A stretch of 59,707 nucleotides of DNA, filler included, from Sphacelaria rigidula (lineage: Eukaryota): assembly GCA_964200075.2 (NCBI GenBank). It is 8 parts of 8 records of this genome, joined end to end, with 100 filler letters (N's around TTAATTAATTAA, not from the genome) between each part and the next. Parts side by side here need not be neighbours in the genome. Positions count along the whole stretch, not along the records: positions 37,384 to 44,758 come from CAXNAA020015196.1; positions 44,859 to 52,233 come from CAXNAA020015197.1; 6 more parts are not named here. One strand, written 5' to 3'. The notes beneath the pieces were generated by a model. It had not been told where the DNA came from. It searched no databases and worked only from the letters and a program-made list of their open reading frames with translations. The first letter of the stretch is position 1. Every line of letters begins with the position of its first letter. Below are positions 38,831-49,163 of the stretch, one piece after another. The translations under genes and the position numbers were made by a program.

Positions 38831-39304
38831 CCCTTGAAATGATCAATACAATAGCCCAAAAATGTACTGGATCAAGTACAGGGCTATTGCAACTATTGTC
38901 GTTCGAAACACTTATGGTCAATAGATGCAATACTTTATCCAGTACGTTGCTCTTTATTGCATCTATTGACCATATGTTGTCCAGGGTGTGAAATCTTTTC
39001 GAAACCGGTAGGGAAGCATTTGCATCATGTTTTATAATAGTAAAATATCTTGTGTGTACGGGGTAAGGTCGAATGCAGTGATCCTTGAGTGTGTGTACAA
39101 CTGGACGTGCCGGTAAGTCGGTTGCAGATCATGCGGATAATGATACAATATCGTAGATATATGTTGCTGCTGAGTATGTCACCACGTGTTCGAGTTAACG
39201 CGTATTTTGTTACCTTTTGTTTTCACCCTGGGGGCGTATTTATTGACTGCGTGCTTCACCCGTTTTTCTTTTACGAGGGAGAATTGTTATCTGTCCCGTG
39301 CTTG

Positions 39305-39530
39305 TGTGTACTGATCTATACTGTATCAATGAGTGCTGTACTGTGCTTATCTGTATACGGATTTGCACTGTTTTGATCCAAATAATGATTTATAATGTGA
39401 GGATCTATACTGATCTGCACTGTTTTGATATGTATACTGATGTGTCCTGTACTGATCTATATCGATCTGCACTGTTTTGATATGTATATTGATTTGTACT
39501 GTACTGATCTCTACTAATCTGTGCTGACCT
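39305..39530 (+). repeat. Degenerate minisatellite in the intron before the PhoD-like exon
   Basis: Recurring TGTACTGATCT and GATCTGCACTGTTTTGAT. Confidence 0.7.
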
Positions 39531-39542
39531 GCATTATGACAG

Positions 39543-39631
39543 GACTTGGAACTTGCCCGCTCTGGCGAAGGTTCTGGCAAGCACGGCGAATTACATGATC
39601 TGTGATGATCACGAGGTGGTGGATGACCTTG
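39543..39631 (+). CDS. PhoD-like alkaline phosphatase family protein, internal exon
   Basis: CAG/GTGAG sites. TWNLPALAKVLASTANYMICDDHEVVDDL(G) matches the PhoD MI(W)DDHE..D..G metal-binding motif. Confidence 0.8.
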
Positions 39632-40552
39632 GTGAGAATTGGCAATTCATTTATCTGCTGTGCTGTGATCGTAGTGCTGTGGTGCGTTTGGTTTATTTTC
39701 GTTGTTGTCCGTTTCTACAAGCTTTCATTTATTCCTCTTGTTTCTCCTTGGTATTATCGACTATCAACATGAATCAAGCAATTAGTCGTCTTCAATGTCT
39801 CCTCGATTGTTGGGCAAATTTTCATCGTTCGAAATGTGCTTTAAACACAGCACTACGGTGTTCGTGAAGATCAAATTCGGGTCAGGACTTGACTTTGTAA
39901 TTCCCCCGAAGTTCAAGTCAGTCCAAAGTCCGATGGTTGCGTTTCGCTCGGTGTGGACTTTTAAGAGGACGTTCTACTGGGCAACAGACGTGACGTGTAA
40001 CGTGTAACCTTCCTCCCGACAACACACACCACATCAGCCACCTTGCTGCTCGCGCGAGCACCAGAGCACACGCCCAAAACATGACGAATCAACGGGTGAT
40101 GATGTGGTTGTGGTGTTGTTTTGAGGTCAGCCCAGCAACATATGCACAAGAAATTGTATTTTGAGCACAACTTGACGCAGACAGCGATTGACGTGACGTG
40201 TATCCGGTTTGCACAGAAGTTGTTGCAGATCAGGAGAATCATTTTTATAACAAATTATGAATCGCGCGGGCACACACGACGTACTTTTTACTCGTAGACT
40301 GTCTTTGCCGCCTGCCTGACCCCTCTTGTGTTGCCAACATAGCTTCACACTGTGTTACTCGAAATGGAAGAAGCCGAGCACGATGAGAAGCTGGGAATTT
40401 TCACGCTTGGGTTCGTTGTAGCCGATGTCGTCAATATGAGGCGCTCCATGCAGCCTGAACCCGAACATCAAGCGCTGTATGACTATTTTTTTCGTGACAC
40501 TTTTAGCTGGTTTTGGGGGGGGGGCTATCGTGGAAAGTGTCGAACGACCAAA

Positions 40553-41530
40553 CCGTCTTCGAAGAGGTCTGGAGACACCACAGCGCAGCGACAGCTACAG
40601 CACAAGAGACAGCGCATGAGTGTGTTTGTGCTGCAGCACAGTGATGTAGGACATGTCCCATGCGCTAGTTCTTCCCCCGATTTCGGATGAGCACGATGTT
40701 GGCCGAATGGCGGTTTACAAGCGCTGGACCATAATTGCGCTTTTCACTCGAAGCGCGATCATGGCGAAGCGTTAAAAAATTGGCACTCGGAAAAAATGAG
40801 GACCCGTCTGAAATGAGGGGAAGAACTGTTGAATCGGACATCAAGGCAGACAGCTCCTGTCATCAAACGCTTGGGATAGAGCAGCTCCGTGCTGGCTCAG
40901 TTTGTTCGCCCCCACGTGCACGCGTCCGCCTTGCGTATCTTCTTCGATCCCAGCACCCAGCTATAGCTCAAGTACGGACGGGGACGCAACAGACAGTAGC
41001 TAGTGTACAACACTTTGATCTCACCCCACTTCTGTCCTTACCGGAACATCACATGCAGCACTACAACTCTTCAGGCACTCTCCAGGGCACATCACACCAT
41101 GTCCGTCGTAGAGTGTTCAAATGCAGAACAGCACAGCAACAACTACAGTATAGAAATGATGGGTGTGGGAAGCACCTTGTTCCTTTCATGAAAGACGAAA
41201 CAGCCAACACACAACAGACAGTGTGTAGATAGCACTGCGTACCAAAAAACATATTTTTACTCATTTTCTGTAAGAACCACGGCAGTGACAGTAAGGCAAC
41301 TGACGCAATCCCAGCGGACACCAACCGTCTTCGTGGAGGTCCGACCACACCACACCACACCACAGTGATAGGTACAGCACATGAGAGAGAACGTGAGTAT
41401 GTTTGTGCTGCAGCACGGTGAAATAGCAAATGTCCCATGTCATACTTCTTCCCCTCATTTTAGACGGATCCTCAATTCTTGCCGAGTGCCAATTTTTGAA
41501 CGCTCGGCCATGATCGCGCTTCTCGCAAAA
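40553..41530. repeat. Local duplication (40553-40690 vs 41325-41470) with an embedded small inverted element (~40667-40828)
   Basis: GTTTGTGCTGCAGCAC...ATGTCCCATG...TTCTTCCCC occurs twice; 40750-40828 is the reverse complement of ~41445-41525. Confidence 0.7.
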
Positions 41531-42988
41531 ATCTTGCAATTCACCTTGAGTTGCCCTCATCTGTGGGAGGGGAGTAAAAAAACGTCCCCTGCTGTATCAC
41601 ATGCTTGCCCCCTTCCCGTGCTCTGAACTTTCGTGCAAGCCGTATGCACGTCGCGTTTGTTTTATGTTGTTCGAGCTACTCACTGTCTGTGTCAAGTTGT
41701 GCTCAACACTCGTTCTTTGTGCATAATATATGCTGCTGTGCTGTCTCCAAGAGATCACCACTGTCACACCAACCGTTCTCGGCGTGTGGCCTGGTGTGCA
41801 CCCTACGCGCGATGATGGAGCTGGTGTGGTATGTGCCGGGGGAGCGGAAAACCCTTCGGGCCTTTCGGCCAATAGCATGTACATCTAAAAGACCAAACTG
41901 AAGGAAGACCAGAATGGTCTTCTGGCCGCGGACATTGAGGGCAAAAATGCCCCCCCAAACCAGAGTAATCCTAACCATAATGCGGACTTGGGATCGTTGA
42001 CCAATAGGAAAGCCCGAGCCCAAGACCCAAATTTGGTCCTCACATCACCAAAGTCGGTGGGATCTTTAAAACCTAGTTGTTGAACCGAAATCGGGTGACA
42101 TTCCGGTCTTGCTCTGGACTTCAAGACCGGACCCGATTTTGGTCTTTGCAAACACCCTACTCACTTTTTATTTTCGTGGGCCGTTGGATGGGCATCAAGG
42201 GTTGCCATCCCGTGAGCATGGTGCCTCTCCACCGTATTGAGCTCTTTTACATCGTGCTCTAACGGTTACCTAGGGTACAGGAGATCCGATCCGCCGGTGA
42301 AGTTTGTAACAACTGGACCGACGTGCGAACCCCGGGAGATTTGTGTTGTGTGTGTATAATCCAGAGGGGCGTTTCTCCTTGGTATCGTAAGTACGGAAGG
42401 TCATGTAGGGATTCTCAATACACACTTGCTGTAATTTGTCCCTCGTGTAGGATAGTGCTATCTAATTTTTACATTTTTATTTATTTTCATTGCACATCTA
42501 TTTTTTTTTCTTCTTGTCTTTTTTTTCCCTTTTCCTTTTTCTTCTATTTTGTTTCACATGTTTTTTGCTGTTCTATTTTTCCGTTCTTTTTTTTTCTTGT
42601 CAATTCTTTCAACCCGTTCCTTTCCTCGAGGGGTGTCCGTAGTCTCAACGCATCAACCGCCCCCCCCCCCTCCCGTACCCTCGAATAGCTCGTGAGCTAT
42701 CTGAAGATCACGTCTATTAGTGTACTTATCCAGATCATGAGCTAGCTCACTTGACCTCTTTCCCCCCCATATTTTGCCCTCTACAGTGCTGGACGCCGAG
42801 CGCGCGGAGTAGCGCAAACGCAACGCTTTGACTTTTCGGACTCTGCTGTCACGTTTTGGTGTTTTCGGACAAAGAATCTGAGAGTCTCTTCGATCAGATT
42901 TTTTTTCATGTAAGGTGGCTCATGAGGTCCGAGGCGTGCAATATTTTAGTAACGATGGAGTTTCGTGCTGTTCGGTGGTTTGCGGCAG

Positions 42989-43096
42989 GTGACGAGAAGG
43001 AGCACTTGGACCAATCTTCAGCGCAGTTCTTCGTCATAAAGGTGGCCTACCAGGTCTACTGCGAGTACCAGAGACAGCTTCTGTGCGACACCGACG
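42989..43096 (+). CDS. PhoD-like phosphatase family protein, next exon
   Basis: CAG/GTCAGT sites; phase 1 joins G+GT into Gly. GDEKEHLDQSSAQFFVIKVAYQVYCEYQRQLLCDTD resembles the A..VY.EYQ helix that follows DDHE. Confidence 0.75.
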
Positions 43097-44758
43097 GTCA
43101 GTCTGTCTTTTTTTGTTTGTTTGATTTGTAGCACTTTAGCCGATTCCCGAGGGATCGAGCTTCTCGTCATTGTCAACATGATAGACGTACCCCAAAACAA
43201 GAACATCGTGGGAACACTCGCTGGAGACAAGTGAAGGAAACGGAGAGGTATTAGAACAGACAGAGCAGACTCGAAGAAGGAGATGAAGAAGAAAGAAAAT
43301 GAGAGAACGACAAGACAACAACGGAGTCAAAAGAGAAAACTGGACATGACCGGCCTCTGCCACATGCAGTGTTGAGAATCGTGTATCGAAATATCGAGTA
43401 TAGATGGCGATTTTCGGCGATGCTCAGTATCGGAATCGCGAGCTGGCGAGCCGATACTTTCGATACGCAAACTGGCTCTCTCGGGGGCCCCGCCCGCTAA
43501 AAAGGGGAGGAGGTAGTGCATTCACATCATCTGTCCCCCCGCGACTAAGGCAAGCAACAAATGAGTACGCCCCCCTTTCCCCCCCCCTTCCTTTTCGTGC
43601 GAGAATGACGATTCAAAAACAACAAAAAAAGGTCCAGAAAACCACAAAACCGATTGTTTGGCCGTTTTCCGAGTGAAGAGTTGATTGTCGCACTTGAAGT
43701 AACCCCCCAGGGGTCCAGCCGTGGTCTCATGATAGACGTACGTACCCAAGAAAAACGAAAACGAAAATAGAAAAAAAGGAACAAGAAAAAAAAATATTCA
43801 ACGATCAAAATATCGATATCGACGTTTTTTCAATCATACCTCATGAAATCGTATCGAACTTTCTTTTTTTTTTCGTTTGATTCTCAACACTTGGCCACAT
43901 GGCTTCGTTGGAAAGGGTCTTACATTCCCAATCGTCAATAAACAAGAAGTCGTGGGAACAGATTGCGGCTCATCGATTTTGACCTCACCATCTTTTACAT
44001 AGACTTCACATCCGTGGACCCTACAGGAGAATGTGGAATACACGAACAGAATACAGCGCGTTTCTATCTGTGCGTGAGTCTTCTAACGTCAGGCTATCTC
44101 GTTTGTCAATGGTGGCTTTTTAAGCATCAAAGGTAAGCAATGCATGTGTGGCGCGGTGCTACGGTACGTGTATATAAATATATATATGTATCATACCCTC
44201 GACCATATATCATTGGATGCAAAAGACAAGAAAAGGTACTGCGTAAAGTATAGGCCCATTGCAACTTTTGACCATAGATTGTCCAGGGTGTGATATATGT
44301 ACAGTGTAAAGTATGATGTGTTCCAGTTTCGTAACCGTTTCATTCGTGTGTTGGCGGGCGAGTGTAGGGCGGACCCTCGATGGGGTTAGCGTCGGTTGGC
44401 GATGACGCTATGAAACACACCACTCACTGCGTAAGCCAGGTAACCAGGTTACGGAACTAGGTCACCGTTTTTTTTTGCGGTAACCATGATGGTAGTCGAG
44501 CTAGATCATGTCGTGCGGCATGGACGAACCTCAACTCTGCACAATGAGGATAATCGTACTACGTCGTGGGTCTATTGTGAGACACCCATGAGACAGTGTA
44601 TATGTAAGCCGTGACTTGTCTCTGGAAGTGGCGATGCCAGAGAATGAAGTAACTCATTGGAGGCTGTCATACCAATGCAAGGTAATTAGTAGGCTTCAGA
44701 CCGAACAATCTTGGCAGGATGCAGCTCACCCTTCATGCGACTCGCCGAACACACCACG

Positions 44759-44858
44759 NNNNNNNNNNNNNNNNNNNNNNNNNNNNNNNNNNNNNNNNNN
44801 NNTTAATTAATTAANNNNNNNNNNNNNNNNNNNNNNNNNNNNNNNNNNNNNNNNNNNN
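44759..44858. other. Artificial contig linker
   Basis: N44-TTAATTAATTAA-N44. Confidence 0.99.
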
Positions 44859-44865
44859 TATTGGT

Positions 44866-46200
44866 TGCAATCGACTAGCCTCTCCATGCTCGCTGCTACA
44901 TCGACGACAAGAAAAACTATAGCACAAGGGGATTTGCTGCACAACATTTACACTACAGTAGTCAGCGTCACAAGTATGCAGAAATCGTAATTTCTTAGTT
45001 TCTCAAAGATTGTCCAAATTTGTTTTGCTTGCCACCACTCATCACAGTGACCGCTGGATGGCAAAAATGGGCATCTGGAGATATTTTATACCTTTCGACA
45101 GATATTGAAAGAAAAAGTATCTGCGATCGATAATCACTGACTTACGGGCTTGTCTGATCTCCGGGGGTCCTGCGAAAATACGAACCTAGGCATTAGCTTT
45201 TCGATGCTTTCGGTGGACCGATTCGATCCGGATCATATATATTTGAACACTCAAAATAGTTTGATTTTTTTAATTCCACCTAGTCACTGCGCTACAGCAG
45301 GAAAACTATGTTTTTTGGACCATTTACGATCAATAACACCCTCCTGATAAACGAGGTCTTTCCCCGGTATCGCCATCACGACACCAACTTGGGCGATTGT
45401 GATTTGAGCACGGATTGCTTCTTTTGTCGAACCTTTCGACGGTAGCACTTTCGAGTGCTCATGGAAAATGTGATGCGGAAACCCCCCGAAATAGGCCATC
45501 CGCAGAAAATGAAAGACTGAGGTCTGTGCAGTATAGGAGGGAAACACGATCTTGATCGTTATTGTGAAGAATTTTATACGTATTACTTCATATGAATATT
45601 TACCGTTTCGTTGCCGAAGAGCGGGAAAACTGCTCATATTGGACCAAAAACGGTCAATAACACCCTTCTGATAAACGGGGTATCAAGTCCGTATCGCCCC
45701 AAAAACACCAACTTGAGCACTGCAGTTTAAGCGCGGCCTACGCTTTCTCCCTAAATCTACCGGCGCTAGCACTTTCAAGGAGTAGTGAAGAATAGTACTC
45801 CAGAAAAACTAACTAAAAAAGAACATCAACTACGAATTCTGGGAACTTCTGATGCTGACTACAAGACAGAAGTATGTACAGTTTTTCAGCTGCCTTGCGG
45901 GGTCGGATAATCAGCGGTACGGTAGCTCATTGCGGGGTTGGATGATCAGTGGTAGCGTACGGCGAGGGCACTGCTGGTAGAAAGTGTGGACACCAGTACT
46001 TCCAATCTCATGATGTACCGTAGTTTAAAATCTGACATATCGTCGCGGTTTTCGCTAATTTCCGCCTCTCACGACATCTTCACACATTGCTTACAATTGA
46101 GTAGCCTCTCCCTGCTTGCTGCTACATCGACGACAAGCAAAACTATAGCACAGGGGGATTTGCTGCACAACAGTAGCACTACGGTAGTATGTACAAATTT
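44866..46200 (+). repeat. Direct repeat (~44866-44965 / 46090-46195) enclosing a diverged ~320-bp-period tandem duplication (~45300 / ~45623)
   Basis: GCTGCTACATCGACGACAAG.AAAACTATAGCACA.GGGGATTTGCTGCACAACA twice; TCAATAACACCCT.CTGATAAACG twice. Confidence 0.75.
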
Positions 46201-47708
46201 ACAGCTACCTTGCGGGATCGGATGATCAGCGGGACGGCAGGTCTCTTGCGGGATTGAATGAGACACCATTGTACTACAAGTACCGTTGTCTGTTGTGTGC
46301 TGTGCGGTATCTGTATGCACAGTAGATTCTTGAAAGTTCTAATAACACTGTAAGATTTCTGTGTTCAGTGTATTACTCTGCACTGCTATATATATGCTGT
46401 AGAACTTCTGTGTATTCTAGTAATAGGGGTGAAAGTATGTGGGAGGAATCACGTTTTCAGCAGGTTCTTTGAAATTTCTGATTGGTTTTGAAAATATGTT
46501 CTTAAGAAACGAAACACTCTTGTGTCACAGAAATCTAATGCCGAATCTGAAATGGCCTGGGACAACAATCAATTTGAACATTGGAATCGCGAACATTTCC
46601 CGCGGGCGCGAACGACACTTTGTACTGCTAGATTTTGAGTCCTTCACTTTTACATCTGGCGTACTATTTAGTATGCAGTGACATGACAGCAGCAAGGTGA
46701 TTGCTGCAAGCTGTAAGCAAGCAGAGAGCAGAGGACAGACACTAGATTCAGCAACTAATACCTTTTGTTGAATTGATAATGCTCATGGATTGTGGTAGCT
46801 GGTACAAGCCCAGTAATTTCGCGATACGAGTTGAGTACATATCCCCAAAATGTCGCTGTTCCCGCAAATACAGCCTAGAGTCTACCTACAGCACTGCTTC
46901 GGTATACCTCCACGGGGACGACGAAATGGGCGTGATGCTACGGTAGGGGTGCACAAGTATTTTGTGAAATTAGAATCGTCAGGAGCCCTTCATCTCGTCC
47001 AAGACACGACTCATGAAATATGTGAGAGTGGGTCACGATTAATATTCCAACGTGCTAGGGATATCCCGAATGAAATTGCAAACACGGATACTCTGACTCA
47101 TATTCTTGCGCATCCAGAATTGTTTAGAGCCAGCCCCTCAACCGGACAACATTTCGCGCAAAAAGTGCACCCCTACTGTAGAATTGACCATGGCTATTTT
47201 GTCCTTACACTATTGTGAGACACTACGTGCGCTGTGGCTTGGGATACACATGCAGCTGTGGGATAAACGAGGATGACAAGTCGAAGGCCTCTCTCCGTCT
47301 CCGTGCCTTCGTCGTGGTGCTCGAGAAATGCACCTCGAAGATCGCACTGCATCATCCAGAGAAAGCTGGACATGAGTTTTTTTCTCTGCATGAGTTGTAC
47401 GTCAACAGCAGTGTCACGATTCATTTGGTGGCCGACTTCCACACTGCATCTACCTTGGGGAAGCTCTTGGCACATGACTGCAAAGCGCATGGCGATCACA
47501 CCTGTCAAAACCAAGGGTCCACGACACCTTGGTGGAACATTGCATTGGGATATCAGGACCCCACGACCTTACGAGCTCTCTCGCACCGAGAGAGCAAACC
47601 AATTCGTGCCAGCCACTTTCCGTTTGAGGGGGCGGGTCGTGCAAGCTGGCGTCCAGCATACTCCCCGCGAAATCTAAACAAGATCAGTGCAAGGAACAGC
47701 ATCATTCA

Positions 47709-49163
47709 TCATCTGCCGGACGCCCCTCCTAGCTCCAACTTCACGTTCGAACCCTCTAACGCCTCTACTGATTCCTCACCAACAAACCCACCAAGAGACC
47801 CACATGCAAATGCCGGCGAACCGTAGCGCCGTCCCACACTCACACCACAACTGCTGCTGCTGGAGTTACGTTCACCACCTGCACTGCTCCAACCCATCAA
47901 AGGGGCAGTGGGCTTGCTACACTCTCCCCTCTCAGCGCCACCGTGGGTAGGAGGAGGAGCTGCCACCTCTACCTTCATTCCTGCTCCTACCCTTGGCACG
48001 GAAGACTCCTCACGATCAGCCCCTGAGGATAGCTGGCCCGAACGAAACAGAGGTGTTATACTACTACGCCTGGCAACAGGGTACACACGACGTCGAGCAT
48101 CAAGAACGTCGCTTCTGCCAGAACTCAAGCATGGTGCGCGCTTGCGTTTTGTTCCTCGCACGCCAGAAACGCTTCCTCCATCACCCTCGTTTGTGCTACG
48201 GGTGGAGATGGCCTCCCCAGTGCTAAGTTCTTCCATGTCGCACACTGTATCTGCTTCATGCGCAGCGGGATGCTGTCGGCACGACATTGCCTCATCAAGG
48301 TTGTCGTTCTTGAGAATATCCAATTTCAAGCGTTCCTCTTTGCTAGAGTTGTAGCTCATCACATTCACCATTCCCGCCCTGGCATGCTTTGAGCAGAACT
48401 CTCTCGTCTTGCTTCCCGCTACACCATACGACGGCCTTTTGGAGCAGCCCTCATCGCCGCACGTCCTGTTCACCACGTTCACCATCCCCGCCCTGGCATG
48501 CTTCAAGCAAAACTCCGCCTTCTTGCTTCCTGCCACACCATACGACGGCGCCTTGGAGCAGCCCTCATCACCGCATCTCTTCGTTACCACATTCACCATT
48601 CCAGCCCTGGCATGCTTCGAGCAGAACTCCGCCTTCTTGCTTCCTGCTACTCCGTACCACGGCCATGTGGAGCAGCCCTCGTCGCTGCATTTCTTGTTCA
48701 CCACATTCACCATTCCCGCCCTGGCATGCTGAGAGCAGAACTCCGCCTTCTTGCTTCCCTTTACACCGTACGACGGGTGCTTGGAGCAGCTCTCGTCGCC
48801 GCAAGTCCTGTTCACCACGTCCACCATTCCCGCCTTGGCATGCTGGGAGCAGAACTCCGCCTTCTTGCTTCCTGCTACACCATACGACGGTCTCTTGGAG
48901 CAGCCCTCGTCGCCGCATTTCTTGTTCACCACGTTCACCATCCCCGCCGTGGCATGCTGGGAGCAGAACTCCGCCTTCTTGCTGCCCGCTACACCATACC
49001 ACGGCTTTTTGAAGCAGCCCTCGTCACCACATTTCTTCGTCACCACATCAACAAGTCCCACCCTGGCATGCTTCGAGCAAAACGCCTTGTAGCCCGGTAC
49101 ACCATACGATGCCCACCTCGAGCAGCCCTCATTGATGCACTCTCTTTTTGCCACGCTGGTCAT
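47709..49163 (-). CDS. EsV-1-7 cysteine-rich repeat domain protein (484 aa)
   Basis: Seven repeats C-x4-C-x3-(P/A)-x-YGV...FC-x2-HA-x2-G(M/L)V(N/D)V (36 + 6x38 aa; nt ~48354-49145), the EsV-1-7 motif expanded in brown algae. The ORF is uninterrupted. A CAG 5 nt upstream of the ATG may be a splice acceptor. Confidence 0.92.
   Translation of the reverse strand: MTSVAKRECINEGCSRWASYGVPGYKAFCSKHARVGLVDVVTKKCGDEGCFKKPWYGVAGSKKAEFCSQHATAGMVNVVNKKCGDEGCSKRPSYGVAGSKKAEFCSQHAKAGMVDVVNRTCGDESCSKHPSYGVKGSKKAEFCSQHARAGMVNVVNKKCSDEGCSTWPWYGVAGSKKAEFCSKHARAGMVNVVTKRCGDEGCSKAPSYGVAGSKKAEFCLKHARAGMVNVVNRTCGDEGCSKRPSYGVAGSKTREFCSKHARAGMVNVMSYNSSKEERLKLDILKNDNLDEAMSCRQHPAAHEADTVCDMEELSTGEAISTRSTNEGDGGSVSGVRGTKRKRAPCLSSGRSDVLDARRRVYPVARRSSITPLFRSGQLSSGADREESSVPRVGAGMKVEVAAPPPTHGGAERGECSKPTAPLMGWSSAGGERNSSSSSCGVSVGRRYGSPAFACGSLGGFVGEESVEALEGSNVKLELGGASGR

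Noticed and set aside
47215-47826. 203-aa + strand ORF
   Set aside because: Non-ATG start, no recognisable motif, and antisense to the end and probable 3' UTR of the EsV-1-7 gene.
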